From Deltaproteobacteria bacterium (GTDB lineage: Bacteria > Myxococcota > Myxococcia > SLRQ01): a stretch of DNA of 64,000 nucleotides. Location of the stretch: the NCBI GenBank assembly GCA_007130885.1, contig SLRQ01000050.1, forward strand, positions 38,661 to 102,660, in the 5' to 3' direction. Made by a program: the position numbers and the translations under genes. Positions within the stretch are counted from its first letter, which is position 1, and every line of letters starts with the position of its first letter. Below, one piece after another: positions 18,632 through 27,806 of this stretch. The notes under the pieces were generated by a model. It did not search any database. It saw only the letters and a program-made list of their open reading frames with translations, and had not been told where the DNA came from.

Positions 18632-19848
18632 TACTCCGCCCTCACTGCCTCCGCCGGCGGCATTGAGGCAGCCACACGAGCGGGAAATATGGAAGCCAGC
18701 ATGGAAACGACTATTCCGAAGCCGACGCCGAAGAGAACTGTTCCCATGCTGAAGCGGGTATATACGAGGGCCGAGAACGCCAGGTCTTCTCCCCATACGT
18801 CAATTAGATCGCCGAAATCTATTGGATTTACAGCCCAGTGTGCGGCAAGCCCTCCTCCCCACAAGGCTCCGAGAATACTGCCTACGATTCCGATTATCAG
18901 CCCTTCGAACACGAAAAGGCCCGTGACGCCTTGCTTCGTCATTCCCATCGAGCGAAGCGTGCCCACCTCCCTCACGCGCTCATAGGCCGACATTAGTATG
19001 GTGTTTGCCATACCAACGCCGGCCAGAGCGAGCAGTATCGCGGAGATGATCTGGAGAGCGCGCCTGCGAATATTTTGGATCCCCATGAGATCCTGGACGT
19101 CCTCCTGCCACGTCTGAACTTCAGCGCGGTCACCGAGAAGCTCGGAGATGCGAGCGGCGAAGGGCTCGGAGTCGTCGCGGGATTCCAGCCGCGTGCCGAT
19201 ATGCGTCGGGTTGTCGGCGTCTATTAGTCTTTGAGCCAAAGAGAGAGACATGAGAATTCCCATCGAGTCGATGTTATGAAAACCCGTCTCCACGATTCCA
19301 GAGACGCTGACTCGGAGTGCGTTCATCGCTCCCAGGTGGGTTCTTACCCGCAAAATAAGGGTGTCACCGACTGATAGGTTCAGGAGATCGGCAACGCCGG
19401 TGGTCAGCAGCACCTCGTTTTGCTCCGCATCGGGTTTCTCCGCGGTGACTTGCCACAGAGCACGTGAGAATACCTCCGGATCCCGAACCGGATCGTACCC
19501 GATGGCGCGCGCGCGGACATGATCCGGGCCCGCGGCGGCTGTTGGAGAAAAGATGATCCTTTCTGTCCAAGCCACTGTTTCTTCGTCCAGCACGCGGCGG
19601 ACCTCTTCGTCTATTTCGAGCAGTTCGTCCACAGGGTGCTGTATTCCCTCCGGATAGTCGGGAGGGCGAATCAGCACGTGACTGTTCATGCTCTCGATGG
19701 ATGAGACCTTCAGGTTTTCGGTTACCCCGCTGACGAGGCCCTCTCCCAGTATGAACACGCCGATCCCTACCACGATGGCTACCATAGACAGTATTACTCG
19801 TCGCGGGCAGCGAAACAGGTTTCTTCGAGCCAGCCTTGGAATGATCAT
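18631..19848 (-). CDS. ABC transporter permease, FtsX/MacB/LolC-like
   Basis: 405 aa, MIIPRLARRNLFRCPRRVILSMVAIVVGIG... is a typical FtsX N-terminal TM. The start overlaps the ATPase stop (ATGA). Confidence 0.8.
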   Translation of the reverse strand: MIIPRLARRNLFRCPRRVILSMVAIVVGIGVFILGEGLVSGVTENLKVSSIESMNSHVLIRPPDYPEGIQHPVDELLEIDEEVRRVLDEETVAWTERIIFSPTAAAGPDHVRARAIGYDPVRDPEVFSRALWQVTAEKPDAEQNEVLLTTGVADLLNLSVGDTLILRVRTHLGAMNALRVSVSGIVETGFHNIDSMGILMSLSLAQRLIDADNPTHIGTRLESRDDSEPFAARISELLGDRAEVQTWQEDVQDLMGIQNIRRRALQIISAILLALAGVGMANTILMSAYERVREVGTLRSMGMTKQGVTGLFVFEGLIIGIVGSILGALWGGGLAAHWAVNPIDFGDLIDVWGEDLAFSALVYTRFSMGTVLFGVGFGIVVSMLASIFPARVAASMPPAEAVRAE

Positions 19849-20547
19849 CCCGCGCCTCCGCTCGAGTCGCGGCGCTCGTCGCTGCTGACCACACCGTCCG
19901 TGAGGCTGACGATGCGGCGGCCTCGCTCAATCATTCTGGGATCGTGGCTGGAGAACAGAAATGTGATTCCGTGGGTCTCGTTGAGAGCTTGCATGATGTC
20001 GAGCACCTGCGCGCCGTTTGTCGTGTCGAGGTTCGCGGTGGGCTCGTCCGCTATGATCAGTGCCGGGTGCTTGACAAGCGCCCTAGCAATCGCCACGCGC
20101 TGTTGCTGACCTCCCGAGAGCTGGTTGGGCCGGCGGCGCTCGAACCCCTCGAGCCCCACTTCCGAGAGGAGCTTGGCCGCGGGCTCACGTGTATCTTCCT
20201 TCAGGCCGGCGAGCTGTAGGGCCAGCTCGACGTTCTCCAGAGCCGTTAGAACAGGCATGAGATTGAAAGACTGAAAGACGAAGCCGATAGTGCTAGCCCG
20301 GAGGCGAGAGAGTGCGCGCGACGAAAGATCCTTTACCGACCGATCTTTCACGATTACGTCGCCCTCGGTAGGCGTATCAAGGCATCCGACCATGTTGAGC
20401 AATGTGGTCTTACCGGAGCCTGACGGACCCTTGAAGACGGTGAACTCTCCGCTGTCTATGGAAAGAGAGATATCTTTTACGGCGTCTACTCTTGCGGGAC
20501 CGGTGCCATAGGACTTGGTAACGTGTTTCAGCTCACAGACAGCCATG
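19845..20547 (-). CDS. ABC transporter ATP-binding protein (LolD/MacB-type)
   Basis: Walker A GPSGSGKTTLLN, signature LSGGQQQRVAIARAL, Walker B IIADEPT. Start taken at MAVCELKHV, which has a GAGGAAA RBS, rather than at the TTG-extended track start. Confidence 0.85.
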
Positions 20548-20590
20548 ATTTCCTCGTCTTCCGTGGTCAAGCATGAAATGAGAAAGTGAT

Positions 20591-21973
20591 TTAGATACTG
20601 AAGCGAGCCCAGAACGTAATCGTGGAGGAAGGGACCAGTCCGGAAAGGTCCACCTCGATGGGGTCTAGATTCGGCTCGAGATCGAATTCGAACCTCGTGT
20701 CTTGCGGGCGAGGACGGAACTCACCACCATCGCCCCAGGTCGAGAAGGGGATTTGCGCGGACAGTGACAGGTCGAGTCTGCCGGTGGCTATGAAAGTCAA
20801 GGTGGGTATTGCGAAGGCCGTCCCATCGTTCAGGTTCTGAAGCATGAACGTGTCCAGCAACCAGTCCGGCGAAAATGTGAATGAAGTCCCAAGAAGCAGA
20901 TAGTCGCGGGCAAGCGACACGGGTGCAAAGGGAGACTCCTCAAACGGTTCAGCCAGCTCGTCGGGCTGGTTGATTTCGCAGTCGGGAAGGCCAACTCCCG
21001 CTAGGGCGGTGGGTCTGGCGTATTCGTCGGGGCGAGTAGCTCCGGCGCCGTTACGATAGTACTGTGCCAGGACGACCGTCCGATCAAACAGCGGAAACGA
21101 GTAGTCGATGCCGACGGCCAGCTCCGTGTGAGGTTCGCTTCCGGGAAAAAGCGCGGCCTCCGCCCACCAGCCCACGACGGTGGTGCCTCGCAGATCGAGC
21201 CCCACGAGGGTGTCGTCCTCATCTCCGCGCCATGCGCCGACCGCCGCCAGGTTGACCCCTGCGAAGTTCAGGCGCGCTCGCCCCGCGATCCGCGGCTGTA
21301 GCAGGGCATCGTCGATGGCCGCCACCGCCATGACGTCGTTCAATGGACCGAAGGGGACTGTCAAGCGGGCGGCGTTGATCCCTCTTCGAGGTCGCCATGG
21401 CTCGGCCAAGAGCAGCTCCGGAAAGGGATCGGTTGGATTGAAGAACCGCGCTGAGCCCCAGTGCAAGGACTGTCTTCCGATCCGAAGGTCGAAATCGTCC
21501 TGGTAGACGTCGATAAAGAGCCGGTCGACTTCGAGGTAGTCGGAGGCGTCATGGATTCTGAAAAGGTCGTGGCCTCTGTCGGGCCAGGTGCACCCCGCCG
21601 CTTCCAGCAACGGGCCGAGGTCGCTCTCCTCGACTGTTCGGCGTAGCTCGGCGGTTGGATCGCGGCCCTGCATCAGGCCCGCTTCCACCGTGACGGCGAG
21701 CGCGACCCGGTCGACTATACGCATGTTCAAGGTGGGGCGAAAACGTTGAACAGCCTGCCAGCTCTCGCCGGTGGTTCCAGTGAAGGCGGAGACTCTCGCC
21801 TCGGCGAACCCGTGGCCTTCTTCCCTCGCGAGAGCCTGCTGGGAAACGGCCGAAGCAAATAGAAGGAAAGCGGTCGATGCGAGCAAGGTTCTTTGGGCAT
21901 TCGGCCGAGTCCGGTCGGCTGGACCTTGGAGACTTGCGTTTGTTGCTTCGCGGCTGGTTGGGGTCACGGTCAT
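20591..21973 (-). CDS. Putative secreted outer-membrane beta-barrel protein (family unrecognised), first gene of the exporter cluster
   Basis: 460 aa. Signal-like LLASTAFLLFASAVSQQALA. Alternating amphipathic beta-strand pattern through the C-terminus (TFIATGRLDLSLSAQIPF...ITFWARFSI). Confidence 0.45.
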   Translation of the reverse strand: MTVTPTSREATNASLQGPADRTRPNAQRTLLASTAFLLFASAVSQQALAREEGHGFAEARVSAFTGTTGESWQAVQRFRPTLNMRIVDRVALAVTVEAGLMQGRDPTAELRRTVEESDLGPLLEAAGCTWPDRGHDLFRIHDASDYLEVDRLFIDVYQDDFDLRIGRQSLHWGSARFFNPTDPFPELLLAEPWRPRRGINAARLTVPFGPLNDVMAVAAIDDALLQPRIAGRARLNFAGVNLAAVGAWRGDEDDTLVGLDLRGTTVVGWWAEAALFPGSEPHTELAVGIDYSFPLFDRTVVLAQYYRNGAGATRPDEYARPTALAGVGLPDCEINQPDELAEPFEESPFAPVSLARDYLLLGTSFTFSPDWLLDTFMLQNLNDGTAFAIPTLTFIATGRLDLSLSAQIPFSTWGDGGEFRPRPQDTRFEFDLEPNLDPIEVDLSGLVPSSTITFWARFSI

Positions 21974-22204
21974 GTTTCTTTGGCCTCATTCGCTAATGGA
22001 GCCGGCGCAGACGCGACAATCTCGAAGAAAATGGACGTTAGCATCCCAAATCGTCTTTGCCATCCTTAATTGGATCTGCCCGGACCCTGTAATGAGGCCT
22101 GTCGTTGACGCGTGCGGAGTGAGGCCTCATACTCGCGGCGTTCCAGGGTTTTGTCGTCTGCTGGACCCTACCGGGCCCATCAACGCAAGTGAAAGGAAGC
22201 CTGC

Positions 22205-23170
22205 GTGATTTTTCCCATAGCCGGTGTCGAGCTGTGCCCGCTGTTGCCCGTGCTCCTTGGCCTGGCGATTGGCACTCTGGCTGGGGTGTTCGGAATCGGC
22301 GGTGGGGTTCTTGCTACACCTGCGTTGATGTGGGCGGGGGTGCCGCCGGCCGCCGCGGTTGGAACGGGCCTCAACCAGATGATCGCGGCCTCGGCGATTG
22401 GAACAATGTTGAACGTCGAGGCGGGGCGGGTGCGGCCCTCACTTGCTCTGTTTGCGGCTTGTGCGTCGCTGCCCGCAGGTTTTCTGGGCACGCTGGCCGC
22501 CGGATTGTTGATAGAGGGTGGATATTTCGGTGTTGTAGTCGCATCCGCCTACGTGCTGATTCTCGTGGCGGTCGGTTTTCGGATGTTGCGCGAGCTCTGG
22601 ACGGCGGGGTCCAGTCACCCGGCCGGCGATGCCCTCTCCGACGCCGGCGGTGTCGCGGTCGTTGTTCTGTTCAGCCTGCTCGCCGGGCTGTTCGCCGGTT
22701 TATTGGGTGTTGGAGGAGGTTTCATACTCGTTCCGGTCATGATCTACTTGGTGGGAATTGGCACCCGCGTGGCGATCGGTACGAGCCTGATGCAGATCTT
22801 GCTCATCTCCTGTGGAGCAACGGTGTTCCACGCCACTTTCATTGGAGGCGTGGACGTCATGCTCGCGGCCATGCTGATGGTGGGCTCGATTCCCGGCTCC
22901 TGGCTTGGGGTTGCACTGGCTCGACGCCTGCCGGTCGCGCGATTGCGTGGCCTGTTCGGTTTGCTGCTTCTGCTGGCCGCGGCGAGAATGGGCTGGGAGA
23001 TCTTCGGCGCCGCGCCCGCGGCGCAGCCGCTTCCGGCACAGGCTGGCGCGATTGGCAGCGCTATCGAGCTGTTTGCCGGCGAAAAGCCTTTACTTTATGG
23101 CCTCTCAGCAGCCGCGTTCGCGCTGGTCGCGGGAGGTTTAGCGGGGTTCGTGGTCACTCGAGCCCGTTAA
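22205..23170 (+). CDS. TauE/SafE (DUF81) family anion exporter membrane protein
   Basis: GTG start. Repeated GxGGG membrane motifs (GVFGIGGGVLATPALM; GLLGVGGGFILVPVMIYL), 8 predicted TM. Confidence 0.8.
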   Translation: MIFPIAGVELCPLLPVLLGLAIGTLAGVFGIGGGVLATPALMWAGVPPAAAVGTGLNQMIAASAIGTMLNVEAGRVRPSLALFAACASLPAGFLGTLAAGLLIEGGYFGVVVASAYVLILVAVGFRMLRELWTAGSSHPAGDALSDAGGVAVVVLFSLLAGLFAGLLGVGGGFILVPVMIYLVGIGTRVAIGTSLMQILLISCGATVFHATFIGGVDVMLAAMLMVGSIPGSWLGVALARRLPVARLRGLFGLLLLLAAARMGWEIFGAAPAAQPLPAQAGAIGSAIELFAGEKPLLYGLSAAAFALVAGGLAGFVVTRAR

Positions 23171-23987
23171 GGTGAGTGATACCCAGCTCTCGTGCCCGCA
23201 GCGTCGCTGCTTCCACCGCGTTGATGAGAGTCGTGCGGAGTCCGCCCGCCTCCAGCGTGTGTATCCCCGCGATAGCTGTCCCCCCGGGGGAGGTGACCAT
23301 GTCCTTGAGGCGACCGGGGTGCTCACCTGTCTCTATTACCAGCTTGGCGGCGCCGTAAACCGTCTGCGCGGCGAGCCGAAGGGATCTGTCCCGGGAAAGT
23401 CCCATCTTGACTCCTCCATCGGCAAGTGCCTCGATGAGCAGGAACACGTAGGACGGACCGGAACCGGATAGCCCTGTCGCGGCGTCGATGAGATCCTCCT
23501 CCTCGACCACGATCGTCTCGCCCACAGATGCGAAGATCCTTTCAGCCAATGCAGTGTCTTCGCTCGTTGCCTGCGAGCCGGCCGCAAGCACCGACGCACC
23601 GGCGCCCACGAGGCAGGGCAGGTTCGGCATTGCCCGGACGACTCTTACTTGGTTTCCGAGCCGTTTTTCGATGGCGCTGATCGGAACGCCGGCCACTATG
23701 GAAACGACCAGCGCTTCTCGAGCCAAAGCGGGTGCCATTTCCTCCACTACGTGGGGAAATATCTGTGGTTTGACGCACAGCACTACCAGTCCGGCCCCTT
23801 GTACCGCATCCGAGTTGGAGGCGTGCACTCCGGCGCCGTAGAGCTCGGCAATTTCCCTGCGCCTATCTTCTCTGGGGTGGCTGGCTCGAACCTTGTCGGC
23901 GGAGAGCGTATTGGCGGAAAGAAGCCCTTTCATGAGGGTCTCTCCCACGGTGCCCAAACCTACAAATGCAACCTCGGTATCAATCAT
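23154..23987 (-). CDS. proC: Pyrroline-5-carboxylate reductase
   Basis: MIDTEVAFVGLGTVGETLMKGLL (NADP Rossmann) ... GGTAIAGIHTLEAGGLRTTLINAVEAATLRARELG. The track start at 24065 is probably an upstream extension. Confidence 0.8.
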   Translation of the reverse strand: MIDTEVAFVGLGTVGETLMKGLLSANTLSADKVRASHPREDRRREIAELYGAGVHASNSDAVQGAGLVVLCVKPQIFPHVVEEMAPALAREALVVSIVAGVPISAIEKRLGNQVRVVRAMPNLPCLVGAGASVLAAGSQATSEDTALAERIFASVGETIVVEEEDLIDAATGLSGSGPSYVFLLIEALADGGVKMGLSRDRSLRLAAQTVYGAAKLVIETGEHPGRLKDMVTSPGGTAIAGIHTLEAGGLRTTLINAVEAATLRARELGITHLNGLE

Positions 23988-24123
23988 GGCTCGTGCAGCA
24001 TAGTGCATGGCGGTTCGCGGCGCATTTTTTCTTTCTGCTCCCACCGACTTCTTCGACCGATGCAATGTCGAGCGCTCCGCGAGAACACTTGCTAAACCAG
24101 AATCATGGTTTCTAGCCTAGTCA

Positions 24124-26043
24124 CTATGACCCGTCGAGCACTTCTCGCACCTTGCGAGTCAACTCGGTGGCGGAAAAGGGCTTGGCAATGAAGTGCGTGC
24201 CGGCGTTCAAGACCCCGTGATGGACTATGGCGTTGTCCGTGTACCCCGACATATAAAGTACCTTGAGCTTCGGTTGAAGGCTGAGGAGTTTGTCCGCGAG
24301 TTGTCGCCCGCTGGTTTTTGGCATCACTACGTCGGTGAGCAACAGGTCAATCTCGTGTTCCATCTTGTCGTGGATACGCATTGCCTCTTCGGCGTCGCGG
24401 GCGGTAAGAACAGTGTAGCCCGCCTGGCATAGTAGGCGCTCGGCAATGAAACGCACGGCATCCTCGTCCTCCACTAAAAGCAGCGTTTCGGTTCCTCCTC
24501 CGATGTTCAAAACCGGCGAGGGACTCGATTCTTCACGTATTGGATGATCGCTTACCTTGGGAAGATAGATCTTGAAAGCGGCGCCCGCGTTGGGTTCGCT
24601 GTACACCCATATATCGCCCCCGCTTTGTTTGACTATTCCGTAGACCGTGGCCAGACCAAGCCCCGTGCCCCTGCCTCTCGGTTTCGTCGAGAAGAACGGC
24701 TCGAATATTCTGCTCTTTGTTTTTTCGTCCATCCCGTGACCCGTGTCTGTCATGCACATCATCACGTAGTCACCCGGGGACACGTCCACGTGCTGGCGCG
24801 CGTACTCTTCGTCGAGCTTCACGTTGATGGTCTCAATGGTCAAACTACCGCCGCCGGGCATGGCTTCGCGGGCGTTCAATGCCAGGTTGGCGATGATCTG
24901 CTCCATTTGCGAGGGATCGACTAGGACGTGACCCAAGTTCTCGTCGAGATGTATCTCTATATCGATGTCTTCGCCGAGAAGTCGGCGCAGCATGTCTTCT
25001 AAATCCAAGATCACACCGTTCAGGTTGATGACCTTCGGCTGAAGAACTTGCTTGCGGCTGAAGGCGAGAAGTTGGCGAGTCAGGGCGGCGGCCCGTTGAC
25101 CGGCGCTTTGTATTTGAGCGATGTCCTCCTGGACCTGCTTCGTATCCGACAGGTTCTTTTTAGCGAGGGTTGCGCAGTTGTTTATTACCGTAAGCAAGTT
25201 GTTGAAGTCATGAGCGATGCCTCCGGCCAGCAGCCCGACTGCTTCCATTCGTTGCGATACGGCAAGCCGCCGCTCGAGTTCCTTGATTTCGGATATGTCA
25301 ATAGCGAGCTCGAATCTGACATCACGCCCGTCGGGCCACCTAATGATACGATCGATGATCCAGTAATGACGCTTCAAGGCTTCGTTATAATGCTCCCAGC
25401 TATGAGGCCTGCCTTTGTCCTCGAGAATAATTTCGTTCGTGCAGAACTCGCAAGGCGCATCGAGGCCTTGGAACTCCGCGTAGCATCGCCGGCCGGTGGG
25501 ATTAGTGCCTAGTACATCTCGAAAATGACGGTTTACATAGATGATTTCGTGTGTGTAAGGGTCCGTCACATACACGACCTGATCTATGCTGTCGAAGATG
25601 GAGATGAGCTGCCTGCGTTCGGCATCCAGCATCCCTTCGGTTGCTTTGCGCGCCGATATGTCAACGGCAATGCTGAAAATAGCCGGCTCCTCTTCCCAGT
25701 CAACGGTTCGGCTGATTACCTCGAGCGGAATCCAGGTGCCTTTCTTCTGGATGTGATCCACCTCGAAGGAAATCTCTCCTTCCTCGCGAAGAACTCGCAA
25801 TCTTTCCGGAATCGCGGCTCGGGTTTCCGGTGAAGCCAGGTCCCGCAAGGTAAGAGCCGCGAACTCTTCCGCCTCGTAGCCGTGCACCTCGCATGCTCTG
25901 GAGTTGCAGAAGAGGAGTCGCCCTTCAAAGTCGTTCACCATGGCGGCGACGGGGGCAAGCTCGAGCATACGGGCCATCAGGGCGGTCTTGGAGTCGCCGG
26001 AGATGCCAGGGTGATCGGACTGCTTGAATCTCTCTTTGCCCAT
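24124..26043 (-). CDS. Hybrid sensor histidine kinase / response regulator with PAS domains
   Basis: PAS repeats, HisKA (IAHDFNNLLTVI), HATPase_c (GHGMDEKTKSRIFEPFFSTK...GTGLGLATV), C-terminal REC (LLVEDEDAVR...LLTD...KPF). Start tentatively MGKERFKQ (26043); the track start is 26247. Confidence 0.8.
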   Translation of the reverse strand: MGKERFKQSDHPGISGDSKTALMARMLELAPVAAMVNDFEGRLLFCNSRACEVHGYEAEEFAALTLRDLASPETRAAIPERLRVLREEGEISFEVDHIQKKGTWIPLEVISRTVDWEEEPAIFSIAVDISARKATEGMLDAERRQLISIFDSIDQVVYVTDPYTHEIIYVNRHFRDVLGTNPTGRRCYAEFQGLDAPCEFCTNEIILEDKGRPHSWEHYNEALKRHYWIIDRIIRWPDGRDVRFELAIDISEIKELERRLAVSQRMEAVGLLAGGIAHDFNNLLTVINNCATLAKKNLSDTKQVQEDIAQIQSAGQRAAALTRQLLAFSRKQVLQPKVINLNGVILDLEDMLRRLLGEDIDIEIHLDENLGHVLVDPSQMEQIIANLALNAREAMPGGGSLTIETINVKLDEEYARQHVDVSPGDYVMMCMTDTGHGMDEKTKSRIFEPFFSTKPRGRGTGLGLATVYGIVKQSGGDIWVYSEPNAGAAFKIYLPKVSDHPIREESSPSPVLNIGGGTETLLLVEDEDAVRFIAERLLCQAGYTVLTARDAEEAMRIHDKMEHEIDLLLTDVVMPKTSGRQLADKLLSLQPKLKVLYMSGYTDNAIVHHGVLNAGTHFIAKPFSATELTRKVREVLDGS

Positions 26044-26281
26044 GGTTTCCCCCGCCTGGCCTCCCCGGGGCTTCGCCCCGGAGAACGGCGACCTGTCTGA
26101 CAGTCCATTGACGTTTTTGAGCGATGATCGCGTTGGTTCAATCTTATACACTAGATGACGAGGCTCTGGAAGATAGAAGTCGATTATTGCTCGAGCATTT
26201 CCTTCGCGAATTACCGGAAATTGGGCGAACATGAACCGTCTTGCCATGCTACGATGTCATGCTGGTGAAACGGAGGTGCGG

Positions 26282-26773
26282 ATGTCGCGATACAAGTCTG
26301 TCATGCTCGCCATAGCAGCCGGCGTGCTCGTGCCGATGCTCATTCATGGGTCCGCGCAGGTCAGCGTAGCCGTAAAAGAGGCCCGCGTTCGGGAGGTTCC
26401 TAGTTTTTTCGGTGAAACAATAGAGGTTCTAACCTATGGCCAGCAGGTTCGAGTCTTACATGACGAAAGGGGCTGGAAGCGTATCGAAACCAGTTCGGGA
26501 AATATCGGCTGGCTGCACGAGTCCGCTGTCACGGCGGGGCGGGTCACCTTTTCGGCGGGCGATGGGGACGTTCGACATGGCGCGGGCGATGAAGAGGTTG
26601 CGCTAGCAGCGCGGGGCTTCACCGAACAAGTAGAAAGCCGGTATAGGACCGAGCGAGGGTTGGACTACGAGTGGGTTGATCGCCTGGAGGCCCAGGAGGC
26701 TATCAACCCAGACGATTTGCGGGAGTTTCTGCGAGAAGGCGGACTGAAGGTTCCGGAGGAGGATGGCCGATGA
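26282..26773 (+). CDS. Secreted hypothetical protein, SH3b-like
   Basis: Start MSRYKSVMLAIAAGVLVPMLIHGSAQV with an ACGGAGGTG RBS. Its stop overlaps the M48 start (ATGA). Confidence 0.4.
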   Translation: MSRYKSVMLAIAAGVLVPMLIHGSAQVSVAVKEARVREVPSFFGETIEVLTYGQQVRVLHDERGWKRIETSSGNIGWLHESAVTAGRVTFSAGDGDVRHGAGDEEVALAARGFTEQVESRYRTERGLDYEWVDRLEAQEAINPDDLREFLREGGLKVPEEDGR

Positions 26774-27717
26774 CATTCTCTTCTTCCGGTAAACGAGCAG
26801 TCGGTCCACGGTTTGGAGGACTGGTTGTCGGGGCTATCGTCGCCGGCGTGTTTTCCGTTGTCGTTGGGTGCGTGGCCATCACTCGTGTCGGAACCGGGAT
26901 AGGCATGGCTACCGGGCACGTGGATGAAAACCAAGCGGCGGCCCTGGAGCGAAGTGCCGAGGCGGTTGAGCGAAGCTTTGAAGACTTCACTCCGGAGCAG
27001 GAACACTACATAGGTAGAGCCGTAGGAGCGGAGATTCTTTCGAGATATGAGCCTTTTGATGAATCGAAGGTCAATGAGTACCTCAACAAGATCGGCCAGA
27101 GCCTGGCTATGGCATCCGATAGGCCCGAAATATTCGCCGGCTACCGTTTTGTCGTTCTCGACACCGATGAAGTAAACGCTTTTGCTTCACCTAACGGACT
27201 GGTCATGGTGACTCGAGGAATACTGCGTCTTACCGACTCCGAGGATGGAGTTGCCGCCATATTGGCGCACGAGATCGGCCATATCGAACACAAGCACGGG
27301 CTGGCCGCCATACGAACTTCACGGGTTACAGCAGCACTCACGAGTGCCGCGATAACCGGTGTTCGGGTGGCGTCATCGGAGGAGATTGCAGAGTTGACCG
27401 ATATTTTCGAGAACTCGATAGAAGATATTACCTCGACGTTGATCGACAGTGGATACTCGCGGGGAGCAGAGCGAGAAGCGGACCGGGCGGCGGTTCGTAT
27501 GATGCAGCGTTTGAATTATGATCCAGATGCGTTGCTTGCTTTGCTCGAGGAGATGGACGCGGCTTTCGAGACCAAGACAATCGGACTGGCCAGAACTCAC
27601 CCGGCGCCGTCGAGACGCATTAGGGTTGTCGAGCGGGCGATGAGAGATCATCCGAAGCCGCCGGCTGCTACGCAGGCACGTCAGGAGAGATATGAGAGAT
27701 TACTTGGCGCAATCTGA
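26770..27717 (+). CDS. M48-family zinc metallopeptidase
   Basis: HEIGHIEHKHG zinc-binding motif (HExxH). N-terminal TM/lipobox VVVGC. Confidence 0.8.
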   Translation: MTFSSSGKRAVGPRFGGLVVGAIVAGVFSVVVGCVAITRVGTGIGMATGHVDENQAAALERSAEAVERSFEDFTPEQEHYIGRAVGAEILSRYEPFDESKVNEYLNKIGQSLAMASDRPEIFAGYRFVVLDTDEVNAFASPNGLVMVTRGILRLTDSEDGVAAILAHEIGHIEHKHGLAAIRTSRVTAALTSAAITGVRVASSEEIAELTDIFENSIEDITSTLIDSGYSRGAEREADRAAVRMMQRLNYDPDALLALLEEMDAAFETKTIGLARTHPAPSRRIRVVERAMRDHPKPPAATQARQERYERLLGAI

Positions 27718-27806
27718 AGCGATTGATTGCAACTTCCTAAACATGCTGATCCCATCTGCCTCGTACAAGGTGCTGTACCGTTAGGTTCCACCTTGATTCG
27801 ATCCGT

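Noticed and set aside
22189-23175. 328-aa Arg/Gly-rich ORF overlapping the TauE gene in another frame
   Set aside because: Low-complexity shadow ORF; the +1-shifted frame encodes a bona fide DUF81 membrane protein.
26044-26281. TTGACG / TATACACT hexamers and the CCGGGGC-TTC-GCCCCGG hairpin as a defined promoter/attenuator
   Set aside because: Spacing between the hexamers (~31 nt) does not fit sigma70, and the hairpin has no U-tract. Kept only as a generic AT-rich divergent promoter region.
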